Source: the human T2T-CHM13v2.0 reference genome, Homo sapiens. From it: a DNA stretch of 64,000 nt. Shown here piece by piece: positions 8,801 through 24,300 of this stretch (the stretch's first letter is position 1; each line of letters opens with the position of its first letter). The stretch lies in assembly GCF_009914755.1 (NCBI RefSeq), contig NC_060939.1; one strand, written 5' to 3'. The notes under the pieces are model-generated. The model was not told the DNA's origin, searched no databases, and saw nothing but the letters and a program-made list of their open reading frames with translations. Made by a program: the position numbers and the translations under genes.

Positions 8801-11800
8801 TATGTACAGTATATGATATATCTTTGGGTAGTTTGATATTTTATGTACAGTACAGAATATATAATTGGTGTACTTTGATATTTTATGTACAATATAGAAT
8901 ACATATTTGGTGTACTTTGATATTTTATGTACAGTAGATAATAAATATTTGGGTACTTTGATATTTTATGTATAATATAGAATATATACATGGTGTACTT
9001 TGATATTTTATGTACAGTATATAATATATAGTTTGGGAACTTTGATATTTTGTGTACAGTAGATAATACATGTTTGTGTACTTTGATATTTTATGTGCAA
9101 TATAGAATATATATTTGGTGTACTTTCATATTTTATGTACAGCATAGATTACATATTTGGTGTACTTTTATATTTTATGTTGAGTATGTAATATATATTT
9201 CCGGTACCTTGATATTTTATGTAGAGTATATAATATATAGATTTGGTACTTTGATATTTTATGTACAGTATATAATATATAGTGTGTGTACTTTGATATT
9301 TTTTGTATAGTATATGATATATATTTCGGGTACCTTGATATTTTATGTACAGTATATAATACATGTTTTGGTACTTTGATATTTTTTGTACAGTATAGAA
9401 TATATATTTGGTGTACTTTGCTATTTTATGTACAGAATAAAATATAAATTTGATGTACTTTCATATTTTATGTACAGTATATAATATATAATTTGGGTAC
9501 TTTGATATTTTATGTACAGTATATAATACATAGTATGGGTACTATGATATTTTATGTACAGTATATAATATATAGTTTTGGTACTTTGATATTATAAGTA
9601 CAGTATACAATATATATTTTGAGTACTTTGATATTTTATGTCCAGTATATAATATATAGTTTTGGTACTTTGATATTTTATGTACAGTATATAATATATA
9701 CTTTGAGAAATTTGATATTTTATGTACAGTTTATAATATATATTTTGTGTACTTTGATATTTTATGTATAGTATATAATATATATTTGGGGTACTTCAAT
9801 ATTTTATGTACAGTATATAATATATATTTTGTGTACTTTGATATTTTATGTACAGAATATAATATATATTGGATGTACCTTAATATTTTATGTCCAGTAT
9901 ATAATATATTTTTGGTACATTGATATTTTATGTACAGTATACAATATATATTTTGGGTACTTTGATGTTTTATGTCCAGTATATAATATATAGTTTTGGT
10001 GCTTTGATATTTTATGTACAGTATATAATATATAGTTTGGGTACTTTGATATTTTATGTACAGTATATAATACATTATTTGGGTAATTTCATATTTTATG
10101 TAAAGTATATGGTACATAGTTTGGGTAATTTTATATTTTATGTAGAGTATATAATACATATTTTGTGTAATTTGATATTTTATGTACAGAATGTGACATA
10201 TATTTGGGGTCCTTTGATGTTTTATATACAGCATAGAATATATATTTGTTTTACTTTGATATTTTATGTACAGTATAGTATATATATTTGGTATATTTTG
10301 ATATTTTATGTACAGTATTGAATACATATTTTGTGTACTTTGGTATTTTATGTATAGTATACAATATATATTTGGGGTACTTTGATATTTTATGTACAAT
10401 ATGTAATATATAGTTTGGGTACTTTCTTATTTTATGAACAGTATATAACACATAGTTTGAGTAGTTTGATATTTTATGTACAAAATAATATACATATTTG
10501 CTGTGCTTTGATATTTTATGTACAGTATATAATATTTGTCTGTTGTACTTTTATGTTTTATTTACAGTATATAATATATATTTTGGGTACTTTGATATTT
10601 TAAGGACAGTATAGAATATGTATTTTGCATACTTTGATATTTTATGTATAGTATAGTATATATATCTGGTGTGCTTTGATATTTTATATACAATATGGAA
10701 CATATATTTTGAGGACTTTTATATTTCATGTACAGCATAGAATATATATTTAGTGTACCTTGATATTTTACGGACAGTATAGAATATATATATTTTGTAC
10801 TTTCATATTTTATATACATAATAGAATATATTTTTGCTGTACTTTGATATTTTATGTACAGTATATAAAATATATTGCGGGTACTTTGATATTTTATCTA
10901 CAGTATTTAATATATAGCTTGGGTACTTTGATATTTTATGTACAGTATATAATATATATTTTGGTTGATTTAATATTTTATGTACATTATAGAATATATA
11001 TTTGGTGTAGTTTTATATTTTATGTACAGTACAGAGTATATATTTGGTGTATATTGATATTTTACGTACAGTATAGCATATATATTTGGTGTAGTTTATA
11101 TTTTATGTACCGAATATAATATACAGTTTGCGTAGTTTGATATTTTATGTACAGTATATAATATATAGTTTGGGTACTTTGATATTTTATGTATAGTATA
11201 TAATATATACTTTGGGTATTTTGATAATTTATATAGAGTTTATAATATATATTTCATGAAATTTGATACTTTATGTACAGTATATAGTATATAATTTGGG
11301 TGCTTTGATATTTTTTGTACAGTATATAGTATATACTTTGTGTACATTGATATTTTATGTATAGTATATTATATATACTTTGAGTACTTTGAAATTCTAT
11401 GTACAGTATATAATATACACTTTGCGTACTTTGATATTTTATGTAGAGTATAGAAAATATATTACGTGCACTTTGATATTCTATGTACAGTATAGAATAT
11501 ATATTTGGTGTACTTTCATATTTTATGTACAGTATAGAATATATATTAGCTGTAATTTGATATTTTATATACAGTATAGAATATATATTTAGTGTACTTT
11601 GATATTTTTTCTGCACTATAGAATATATATTTCATGTAGTTTGATAATTGATGGACAGTATAGAATACATATTTGATGTACTTTAATAATTTATGTAGAG
11701 TATGGAATATATATTTGGTATACTTTGATATTTTATGTACAGTATATAATATATCATTTGTGTAATTTGATATTTTATGTAGAGTATAGAATATATAGTT

Positions 11801-12318
11801 TGGGTAATTTCATATTTTATGTACAGTATATAATATATATTTTGTGTAATTTGATATTTTATGAGCAGTATATAATATATAGTGAGGGTACTTTAACATT
11901 TTATGTACAGTATAAAATATATATTTTGGGTACTTTGATATATTTTGTACAGTACAGAATATATATTTTGTGTATTTTGGTATTTTATGTACAGTATAGA
12001 ATATATATTTTGGGTAATTTACTATTTTATGTACAGTATATAATACATAATTTGAGTTCTTCTATATTTTATGTACAGTATATAATATGTATTTAGGGTA
12101 CTTTGAGATTTTATATACAATATGCAATATATAGTTTGGGTACTTTGTTATTTTATGTACAGAATATAAAATGTAGTTGAGTACTTTGATATTTTATGTA
12201 CTATATATAATATATAGTTTGGGTAATTTGATATCTTATGTACAGTGTATAATATATATTTGGTTACTTTGATATTTTATTTACAGTATATAATATATGT
12301 TAGGGTACTTTTATATTT
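5804..12318. repeat. Human satellite 1A (HSat1A/SAR), 42-bp AT-rich tandem array, about 155 monomers
   Basis: Monomer TACAGTATATAATATATAGTTTGGGTACTTTGATATTTTATG has two RsaI sites (GTAC), giving the classic 17+25-bp subunits. The ORF track shows the 14-aa periodic translation (TLIFYVQYIIYSLG) expected from a 42-bp unit. Both array ends lie inside the window. Confidence 0.96.
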
Positions 12319-15300
12319 CATTCCTTTCCATTCCATTCCACTCGGGTTGTTTCCAATCCATTCCCTTCCATTCCATTTCATTGCTTTCCATTCCGCTCGG
12401 GTTGAATCCATTCCATTTCACTTCATTCCATTACTTTCCTTTACAGTTGATTGCATTCCATTCCTTTCTATTCCATTCCCTTCCATTCCATCTCATTTCA
12501 TTCCATCCTATTCCATTCCATTCCATTTCATTCCATTCCATTTCATTCCATTCCGTCCCATTCCTTCCGACCCATTCCATTCCATTCCATTCCTTTCCAT
12601 TCCATTCAATTCCATTCTATATCACTCCATTCCACTCAGTTTGATTCCATTCCATTCCATTCCATTGCATTCCATTCCACTGGGGTTTATTCCATTCTAT
12701 TCCATTCCATTCCATTCCATTCTGTTCCACTCCGGTAGTTACCATTCCAATCAATTCCCTTCCTTTCAGTTCCATTCCACTCGAATTGATTCCATTCCAT
12801 TCCATTCCATTCCATTCCATTCCACTCCATTTCATTCGGGTTGTTTGCTTTCCATTCTATTCCATCCCATTCCATTCCATTCCATTCCATTCCATTACAT
12901 TACATTACATTACATTCCTTCCCCTTCCATTCCACTGCATTCTATTCCATTCAATTCCATTCCACTCCACTCCATTCCATTCCATTCTATTCCACTCGGG
13001 TGGATTCGATTCCATTCCATTCTAATCCATTCCATTCCATTCCATTCCACTTGTGTTCATTCCATTCCATTCCATTCCATTCCATTCCATTCCATTCCAC
13101 TCCATTTCATTCGGGTTGTTTGCTTTCCATTCTATTCCATCCCATTCCATTCCATTCCATTCCATTCCATTACATTCCTTCCCCTTCCATTCCACTCCAT
13201 TCTATTCCATTCAATTCCATTCCACTCCACTCCATTCCATTCCATTCTATTCCACTCGGGTGGATTCGATTCCATTCCATTCCAATCCATTCCATTCCAT
13301 TCTATTCCACTTGTGTTCATTCCATTCCATTCAATTCCATTCCATTCCATTTCATTCCATTCCATTCCATTCCATTCCATTCCATTCCATTCCACTCCAT
13401 TCCATTCCATTCCGTTCCTTTCCATTCCATTCCATTCCACTCGGGTTCCTTCCATTCTGTTCCATTGCATTGCATTCCATTCCATTCATTTCCATTCCAT
13501 TCCATTCCACTCCACTCGGGTTGATTGCATTCCATTCCATTCCATTCCATTCCATTCCATTCAATTATATTCTATTCCAGTTGATTCCATTCCTTTCCAT
13601 TCCATTCCATTCCCTTCCATTCCATTCCGTTCCTTTGCATTCCATTCCATTCCCTTGCATTGGAATCGGGTTGATTCCAATCCATTCCATTATATTTCAG
13701 TCCTTTCCATTCCATTCTATTCCACTCGGGTTGTTTCCATTATGTTGAATTCCATTCCATTCCATTCCATTCCATTGCATTCCATCGCATTCCATTGCAC
13801 TCGGGTTGTTTCCATTCCATTCCATTGCATTCCATTCCATTCCATTCAATTCCATACCATTACATTCCTCTCGGTTTGACTCCATTCCATACCATTGCAT
13901 TCCATTACATTCCATTCCTATCCATTCCATTCCATTCTTTCCATTCCATTCCTTTCCCCTCGAGTTGATTCCATTCCATTCTATTCCATTCCATACCTTT
14001 CCATTCCATTCAATTGCATTCCATTCCATTCCACTCAGGTTGATTCCATTCCATTCCATTCCATTCCACTCGGGTTGATTCCATTCCATTCCATTCCATT
14101 CCATTCCATTCCATTCCATTCCATTCCTTTCCATTCCATTCCACTCGGGTTGATTCCACTCCATTCCATTCCATTCCGTTCCGTTCCGTTCCGTTCCGTT
14201 CCATTCCATTCCATTCCACTCCATTCCATTCCACTCCATTCCATTCGGGTTGATTCCATTCCATTGCATTCCCTTCCAATCCATTCCATTCCATTCCATT
14301 CGGTTTCATTCCATTCCATTCCTTTCAATTCTGTTCCGTTACATTCCATTCCATTCCATTGCATTCCGTTCCATTCCATTCCACTCGGGTTGATTCCATT
14401 CCATTCCATTGCATTCCATTCCGTTCCATTCCATTGCGTTCTATTCCATTCCATTCCATTCCGTTCCATTCCTGTCTGGTTGATTCCATTCCATTCCATT
14501 CCATTCCATTTCTCTCGGATTGATTCCATACCATTGTATTCCATTCCATTCCATTCCATTCCGTTCCACTCGGGTTGATTCCATACCATCCCATTCCATT
14601 TGATTCCATTCCATTCCTCTCAGGTTGATTCCGTTCCATTCCATTCTATTCCAATCCATTCCATTCCACTCCGGTTGACTCCATACCATTCCATTCCATT
14701 CAATTCCATTCATTCCTTTACATTCCATTCCATTCCAGTCAGGTTGATTCCATTCCATTCCTTTCCATTCCATTCCATTCCACTCAGGTTGATTCCATTC
14801 CATTCCATTCCATTCCATTTCACTCGGGTTGATTCCATTCCATTCCATTCCATTCCATTCCATTCTGTTTGATTCCATTCCGTTTAATTTGTTTCCATTC
14901 CATTCCATTTCATTCCATTCCATTCCATTCCATTCCACTAGAGTTAATTCCATTCCGTTGAATTCCATTACTTTCCATTCCAATCCATTCCATTCCATTC
15001 CATTCCATTGCGTTCCGTTCCACTCGGGGTGTTTCCATTCCATTCAATTCCTTTCCATTCCATTCTATTCCATTCCATTCCATTCCACTGAGGTTGATTC
15101 CGTTCATTCCATTCCATTCCATTCCTTTCCATTCCAGTTGATTCCATTGCCTTCCATTGCATTCCATTCCACTCCCGTTGATTCCAATCCATTCAATTCC
15201 CTTCCATTACACTCAGGGTGATTCCATTCCATTCCATTCCATTCCATTCCATTCCATTCCATTCCCCTCGTGTTGATTCCATTCCATTCCATTCCATTCC

Positions 15301-18300
15301 ATTCCATTCCATTCCATTCCATTCCATTTCACTCGGGTTGATTCCATTCCATTCCAATGCATTTTATTCCATTCCCTTCCATTCCAATCCATTCCATGCC
15401 ATACCATTTCCCACGGGTTGATTCCATACCATTGCATTCCATTCCATTCCATTCCTTTCCATTCCATTCCATATCATTCCACTAGTGTTGATTCCATTCC
15501 ATTCCATTCCATTCCTTTCTATTCCAATCCAATGCATTCCACTCGTGTTAATTCCTTTCCATTCCATTGCATTCCATTCCATTCCTTTCAAATCCATTCC
15601 CTTCCATTCCATTCCACTCGGGTTGACTCCGTTCCATAACATTGCACTCCATTCCTTTCCATTCCATTCCATTCCTTTCCATTCCATTCCATTCCACTCG
15701 GGTTGATTCCATTCCATTCCATTCCATTCCACTCCATTTCATTCGGGTTGATTCCTTTCCATTCTATTCCATCCCATTCCATTCCATTCCATTACATTAC
15801 ATTCAATTCCTTCCCCTTCCATTCCACTCCTTTATATTCCATTCAATTCCATTCCATTCCACTCCATTCCATTCCATTCTATTCCACTCGGGTTGATTCA
15901 ATTCCATTCCATTCCTTTCCATTCCATTCCATTCCTTTCCATTCCATTCCACTCGGGTTGATTATATTCCATTCCATTCCATTCCGTTCCATTCCATTCC
16001 ATTCCATTCCATTCCATTCCATTCCATTCCAGTCGGGTTGAATTCATTCCATTCCATTACACTCCATTTCATTTTTGTTGATTCCATTGCATTCCATTCC
16101 TTTATATTCCATTCCATTCTGTTCCATTCCATTCCATGCTATTCCACTAATATTGATTCCATACGAATCCTTTCCACTCCTTTCCTTTCCTTTCCATTCC
16201 TTTCCATTCCATTCCTTTCCATTCCACTCGGTTTGGTTCCATTCCACTCCATTCCCTTCTATTCCATTCCATTCCATTCCACTCGTGTTGTTTCCATTCC
16301 ATGTCACTCCATTCCATTCCATTCCATTCCATTCCATTCCATTCCATTCCATTCCATTCCATTCTGGTTGATTCCATTAAATTCCATTCCATTCTATTCT
16401 ATTCCATTCCATTCAATTCCATTCCATTCCACTCCATTCCATTCCAATCCATTCCATGCAATTCCATTCCATTCGGGTTCATTCCTTCCATTCCATTCGG
16501 ATTCATGCCATTTTATTCCATTCCATTGTGTTCCGTTCCATTAATATCCATTCCATTCCATTGCATTCCATTCCATTCCATTCCACTCAGGCTGATTCCA
16601 TTCCATTCCATTCCATGCCATTCCTTTCCATTCCATTCCGTTCCATTCCATGGCATTCCACTCGGGTTGATTCCATTCCATCCCATTCCATTCCATTCCA
16701 TTCCATCCCATTCCATTCCATTCCATTCCATTCCGTTCCGTTCCATTCCACTCTGGTTGATTCCATTCCATTCCATTCCATTCCATTCCATTCCATTCCA
16801 TTCCATTCCATTCCTCTTGGGTTGATTCCATTCCATTCCTTTCCATTCCATTCCATTCTATTCCATTCCTTTCCATACCATTCCACTTGGGTTGTTTCCA
16901 TAGCATTCCGTTCCATTCCATTCCATTGCATTCCATTCCATTCCATTCGGGTTGATTCCATTCCATTCCACTCCATTGCGTTCCATTAGATTCCATTCCA
17001 TTCCATTCAATTCAACCCAGATTATTTCCATCCCATTCCATTCCATTCCATTCCATTCAATTCCATTCCATTCCAGTTGATGCCAATGCATTCCATTCCA
17101 TTCCATTCCATTGCCTTCCATTCCATTCCATTCCATTCGTGTTGATTCCATTCCATTCCATTGCATTACATTCCATTCCACTCGGGTTGATTCCATTCCA
17201 TTCCATTCCACTCCATTCCATTCCATTATATTCAATTCCATTTCACTTGGGTTGATTCCATTCCATTCTATTCCATTCCATTTCACTCGGGTTGATTGCA
17301 TTCCATTCTATTCCATTTTATTCCATTCAAATCCATTCCATTCCATACTATTCCACTCGGGTTGATTTCATACCATTCCATTCCATTCCTTTCCATTCCA
17401 TTCCATTCCATTCATTTCCACTCGAATTCAATCTATTCCTTTCCATTCCATTCCGTTCTGTTCCATTCCATTCCATTGCATTTCATACCATTCCATTCCA
17501 CTCGGGATGATTCCATTCCATTCCATTATGTTCCGTTACATTCCATTCCATTCCATTCTATATCATTGTATTCCATTCCACTCGGATTGATTCCATTTCA
17601 TTCCTTTCCATTCCACTCGGGTTGATTCCATTCCGTTCCTTTCCATTTCATTGCATTCCATTCCATTCCATTCCATTCCATTCTACTCCATTCCATTCCA
17701 TTCCACTCTGGTTGATTCCATTCCGTTCCATTCCATTCCACTCGGGTTGATTCCATTCCATTCCATTCCATTTTATTCCATTCCATTCTGTTCCATGGCC
17801 TTCCATTCCATACCATTGCTCTCGGGTTGATTCCATACCATTCTGTTCCATTCCATTCCATTAAACTCCATTCCACTCCATTCCACTCTGGTTGATTCCA
17901 TTCCATTCCATTCCATTCCATGCCATTCCATTCCATTCGTGTTGATTCCATTCCATTCCATTCCATTCCATTCGGGTTGATTCCTTTCCATTCCTTGCCA
18001 TTCCATTTCATTCCATTCCTTTCCATTCCATTCCACTCGGGTTGATTCCGTTGCATTCCATTCCATTCCATTGCACTTGGGTTCATTCCATTCCATTGCA
18101 TTCCATTCCATGCATTTCCATTACAATCGGGTTGATTCCATAGCGTTCCATTGCATTCCATTGCATTCCATTCCATTCCATCCCATTCGGGTTGATTCCA
18201 GCCCATTCCATTCCATTCCATTCCATTCCATTCCATTCCATTCCATTCCGTTCCATTCCATTCGGGTTGATTCCATTGCATTCCATTCCATTGCATTCCA

Positions 18301-21300
18301 CTGCATTCCATTCCATTCCATTCCATTCCATTCCATTCCATTCCATTCCATTCCATGCCATTCCATTCCATTCCATTCCATTCCACTCAGGTTGATTCCG
18401 CTCCATTCCATTGCATTACATTCCATTTCATTCCACTCGGGTTGATTCCTTTCCTTTCCATTCAACTCCACTCGGGTTAATTCCATTCCGTTCCTTTCCA
18501 TTTCACTCCATTCCATTCCATTCCATTCCATTCCGTTCCATTCTATTCGTGTTTATTTCATTCCATTCCATTCCATTCCACAGCATTCCATTACACTCCG
18601 TTCCATTCTATTCGTGTTGTTTCCATTCCATTCCATTTCATTCCATTGCATTCCATTCCATTCCATTCCATACTATTCCACTCTGGTTGATTCCATACCA
18701 TTCCATTCCATTCCGTTCCAATCCATTGCATTCCATTCCAGGTGATTCCATTGCATTGCATTCTGTTCCATTCCATTCCTTTCCATTCCATTCCACTCAG
18801 GTTGATTTCATTCCATTGCATTCCATTCCGTTCCTCTCAGGTTGATTCCATTCCATTCTATTCCATTTTATTCCTCTCGCATTGATTCCATTCCATTCCA
18901 TTCCATTCCATTCCGTTCCGTTCCACTCGGGTTGATTCCTTTCCATTCCATTCCATTTTATTCCACTCCACTCGGGTTGATTCCATTACATTCCTTTGCA
19001 TTCCATTCCATTCCATTCCATTTCATAGCATTAAACTCGGGTTGATTCCATTGCATTCCATTCCATTCCACTCCATTCCATTCCATTTCATTCCATTACA
19101 GTTGATTCCATTCCTTTACATTCCATTCAATTCCATTCCATTCCGTTGCATTCCACTCGGGTTGATTTCATTCCATTCCATTCCATTCCATTCGGATACA
19201 TTCCATTCCATTCCATTCCATTCTATTTCATTCCATTCCATTTCATTCCACTGGTGTTTACTCCATTCCACTCCATTCCTTTACATTCCATTCCATTTCA
19301 TTCCACTCCATTCCAATCCATGATATTCCAATCGGTTTGAAACCATTCCTTTCCATTCCAATCCATTTCATTCAATTCCAATCCATTCCATTCCATTCAA
19401 TTCCACTCGGATTCAATCTATTGATTCCATTCCATTCTGTTCTGTTCCATTCCATTCCATTGCATTTCACACAATCCCATTCCACTCGGAATGACTCCAT
19501 TCAATTCCATTTTATTCCGTTCAATTCCATTGCATTCCATTCCATTCCATTCCACTCTGGTTGATTCCATTCCATTCCTTTCCATTCCATTCCATTCCAG
19601 TCGGGTTGATTCCATTCCATTCCATTCCATTCCATTCCATTCCATTCCATTCCATTCCATTCCATTTCATTCCATTCCACGCCATTCCATTACACTCCAT
19701 TCCACTCGAGTTGATTCTATTCTATTCCATTCCATTCCATTCCATTCCATTCCATTCCGTTTCATTCCATGCCATTCAATTCCATTCCATTCCGTTCCAT
19801 TTCATTCCATTCCATTCCATTGCATTGCCTTTCATTCCACTCCATTCCATTCCATTCCATTCCGTTTCATTCCATGCCATTCAATTCCATTCCGTTCCGT
19901 TCCATTCCATTCCATTCCATTCCATTGCCTTGCCTTTCATTCCACTCCATTCCATTCCATTCCATTCCATTCCATTCCATTCCATTCCATTCCACTAGGG
20001 TTGATTCCATACCTTTCCATTCCATTCCTTTCCATTCATTCCTTTCCACTCCATTCCATTCCAGTCGGGTTGATTCCATTCCATTCCTTTCCATTCCATT
20101 CCGTTCCATTCCATTCGGGTTGATTCTATTCCATTCCATTCCATTCCATTGCATTCAATCCCATTAAGCTGGATTCCATTCCATTCCATTCCATTCCATT
20201 CCATTCCATTCCTTTCCATTCCATTCCGTTCCACTCGGGTTAATTCCATTCCGTTCCATTCTATTCGTGTTTATTTCATTCCATTCCATTCCATTCCACA
20301 GCATTCCATTCCATTCCGTTCTGTTTCATTCCATTCGTGTTGTTTCCATTCCATTCCATTTCATTCCATTCCATTCCATTCCATTCCTTTCCATTTCGTT
20401 CCATTACATTCGTGTTGTTTCCATTCCTTTCCATTCCATTCAATTGCATTCCATTCCATTCCATTCCACTCGGGTTGATTTCATTCCATTCCATTCCATT
20501 CCATTCGGGTTCATTCCATTCCATTCCATTCCATTCTATTTCATTCCATTCCATTTCATTCCACTGGTGTTTACTCCATTCCACTCCATTCCTTTCCATT
20601 CCATTTCATTCCATTCCACTCCATTCCAATCCATGACATTCCAATCGGTTTGAAACCATTCCTTTCCATTCCAATCCATTCCTTTCCATTCAATTCCACC
20701 CGGATTCAATCTATTGATTTCATTCCATTCCGTTCTGTTCCATTCCATTTCATTGCATTGCATACAATCCCATTCCACTCGGGATGACTCCATTCAATTC
20801 CATTGTATTCTGTTCAATTCCATTGCATTCCATTCCATTCCATTCTACTCTGGTTGATTCCATTCCATTCCTTTCCATTCCATTCCATTCCAGTCGGTTT
20901 GATTCCATTCCATTGCATTCCATTCCATGGAATTCCATTCCATTCCACTGCATTCCTTTCCATTCCATTCCACTAGAGTTGATTCTATTCCATTCCATTC
21001 CATTCCTTTCAGGTTCATTCCATGCCATTCAATTCTATTTCGTTCCATTCCATTCCATTCCATTCCATTCCCTTCCATTCATTTCCATTACACTTGGGTT
21101 GATTCCATAGCATTCTTTTCCATTTCATTGCATTCCATTTCATTCCACTCCATTCCATTCCATTCCAATACCAATGATTCCATTCCATTCCATTCCCTTC
21201 CACTCGGGTTGATTCCATTCCATTCCATTCCATTTTATTCCATTCCACTCCATTCCATGGCATTCCATTCCATACCATTCCTCTCGGGTTGATTCCATAC

Positions 21301-24300
21301 TAATCTATTCTATTCCATTCCATTAAACTCCATTCCATTCCATTCCACTCGGGTTGATTCCATTCCATTCCATTCCATTCCATTCCATGCCATTCCATTC
21401 CATTCGTGTTGATTCCATTCCATTCCATTCCATTCCATTCCATTCCATTCCATTCCATTACATTCCGTTCCACTCGGGTTGAGTTCATTCCATTCCATTC
21501 CAATCCATTCCTTTCCATTCCATTCCATTCGTGTTCATTCCATTCCATTCCGTTCCATTCCATTCCGTTCCTTTCCATTCCATTCCATTCCATTGCATTC
21601 CATTCCGTCCCATTCCGTTCCTTTCCATTCGGGTTGATTCCATTCCATTCCTTTCCATTCCATTTCATTCCATTCCTTTCCATTCCATTCCACTCGGGTT
21701 GATTCCATTGCATTCTACTCCATTCTATTGCACTTGAGTTGACTCCATTCAATTCCATTCCATTCCATGCATTTCCTTTACACTCGGGTTGATTCCATAG
21801 CATTCCATTGCATTCCATTACATCCCATTCCATTCCATCCCATTCGGGCTGATTCCATTCCATTCCATTCCATTCCATTCCATTCCATTCCATTCCATTC
21901 CATTCCATTCCATTCGTTTCCATTCCATTCCGTTCCATTCCATTCGGGTTGATTCCATTCCATTAAATTCCACTGCATTCCATTCCATTCCACTCCATAC
22001 TTTCCATTCCATCCCACCCGGATTGATTCCATTCTATTCCATTCCATTCTACGCTATTCCATTCCAGTTGATTTGATTGGATTCCATTCCGTTCCATTCC
22101 ATTCCATTCCATTCCATTCCACTCCTTTCCATTCCATTCCATTGCATTCAACTCAGGTTGATTCCGCTCCATTCCATTGCATTATATTCCATTTCATTCC
22201 ACTCAGGTTGATTCCTTTCCATTCCATTCCGTTCCACTCTGGTTAATTCCATTCCGTTCCTTTCCATTTCATTCCATTCCATTCCATTCCATTCCATTCC
22301 ATTCTATTCCATTCCTTTCCATTCCATTCCGTTCCATGCTATTCGTGTTTATTTCATTCCATTCCACAGCATTCCATTCCATCCCGTTCCATTCCATTCC
22401 ATTCGTGTTGTTTCCATTCCATTCCATTCCATTCCATTCCATTCCATTCCATTCCATTCCGTTCCACTCGGGTTGATTCTATTCCATTCCATTCCATTTT
22501 ATTCCACTCCACTCGGGTTGATTCCATTCCATTCCATTGCATTCCATTGCATTCCATTCCATTCCATTCCATTCTATTGCATTAAACTCGGGTTGATTCC
22601 ATTGCATTCCATTCCATTCCACTCCATTCCATTCCATTTCATTCCATTACAGTTGATTTCATTCCTTTCCATTCCATTCAATTCCATTCCATTCCGTTCC
22701 ATTCCACTCGGCTTGATTTCATTCCATTCCATTCCATTCCATTCGGGTTCATTCCATTCCATTACAATCCATTCTATTTCATTCCATTCCATTCTGGTTC
22801 ATTCCATTCCATTCCATTCCATTCTATTTCATTCCATTCCATTTCATTCCACTGCTGTTTACTCCATTCCACTCTATTCCTTTCCATTCCATTCCACTCC
22901 ATTCCAATCCATGACATTCCAATCGGTTTGAAACCATTCCTTTCCATTCCAATCCATTCCATTCCATTCCATTCCATTCCATTCCATTCCATTCCATTCC
23001 ATTCCACTCGGATTCAATCTATTGATTCCATTCCATTCCGTCCTGTTCCAATCCATTCCATTGCATTCCATACAATCCCATTCCACTCGGAATGACTCCA
23101 TTCAATTCCATTGTATTCCGTTCAATTCCATTGCATTCCATTCCATTCCATTCCACTCTGGTTGATTCCATTCCATTCTTTTCCATTCCATTCCATTCCA
23201 GTCGGGTTGATTCCATTCCATTCCATTCCATTCCATTCCATTCCATTCCAGTCGGGTTGATTCCATTCCATTCCATTCCATTCCTTCCGTTCCATTCCAT
23301 TCCTTTCCATTCGGGTTGATTCCATTCCATTAATTTCCATTCCATTTCATTCCATTCCTTTCCATTCCACTCCACTCGGGTTGATTCCATTGCATTGCAT
23401 TCCATTCCATTGCACTTGAGTTGATTCCATTCCTTTCCATTCCATTCCATTCCATGCCATTCCATTCCATTCCATTCCACTCAGGTTGATTCCGCTCCAT
23501 TCCATTGCATTACATTCCATTTCATTCCATTAGGGTTGATTCCTTTCCATTCCATTCCGTTCCACTGTGGTTAATTCCATTCCGTTCCTTTCCATTCCAT
23601 TCCATTCCATTCCATTCCATTCTATTCCATTCCTTTCCATTCCATTCCGTTCCATGCTGTTCGTCTTTATTTCAATCCATTCCACAGCATTCCATTCCAT
23701 TCTGTTCCGTTCCATTCCATTCGCGCTGTTTCCATTCCATTCCATTCCATTCCATTCCACTCGGGTTGATTCCATTCCATTCCATTCCATTTTATTCCAC
23801 TCCACTCGGGTTGATTCCATTGCATTCCTTTCCATTCCATTGTACTTGAGTTGATTCCACTCCTTTCCATTCCATTCCATTCCATTCCATTCCATTCCAT
23901 TCCATTCCATTCCATGCCATTCCATTCCATTCCATTCCACTCAGGTTGATTCCGCTCCATTCCATTGCATTACATTCCATTTCATTCCACTCGGGTTGAT
24001 TCCTTTCCATTCCATTCCGTTCCACTCTGGTTAATTCCATTCCGTTCCTTTCCATTTCATTCCATTCCATTCCATTCTATTCCATTCCTTTCCATTCCAT
24101 TCCGTTCCATGCTATTCGCGTTTATTTCATTCCATTCCACAGCATTCCATTCCATCCCGTTCCGTTCCATTCCATTCGTGTTGTTTCAATTCCATTCCAT
24201 TCCATTCCATTCCATTCCGTTCCACTCGGGTTGATTCCATTCCATTCCATTCCATTTTATTCCACTCCACTCGGGTTGATTCCATTCCATTCCATTGCAT

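Noticed and set aside
5874-12096. Tyr/Ile-rich ORFs resembling membrane or repeat proteins
   Set aside because: The 42-bp monomer is a multiple of 3, so a stop-free frame repeats every 14 aa on both strands. This is an HSat1A artefact.
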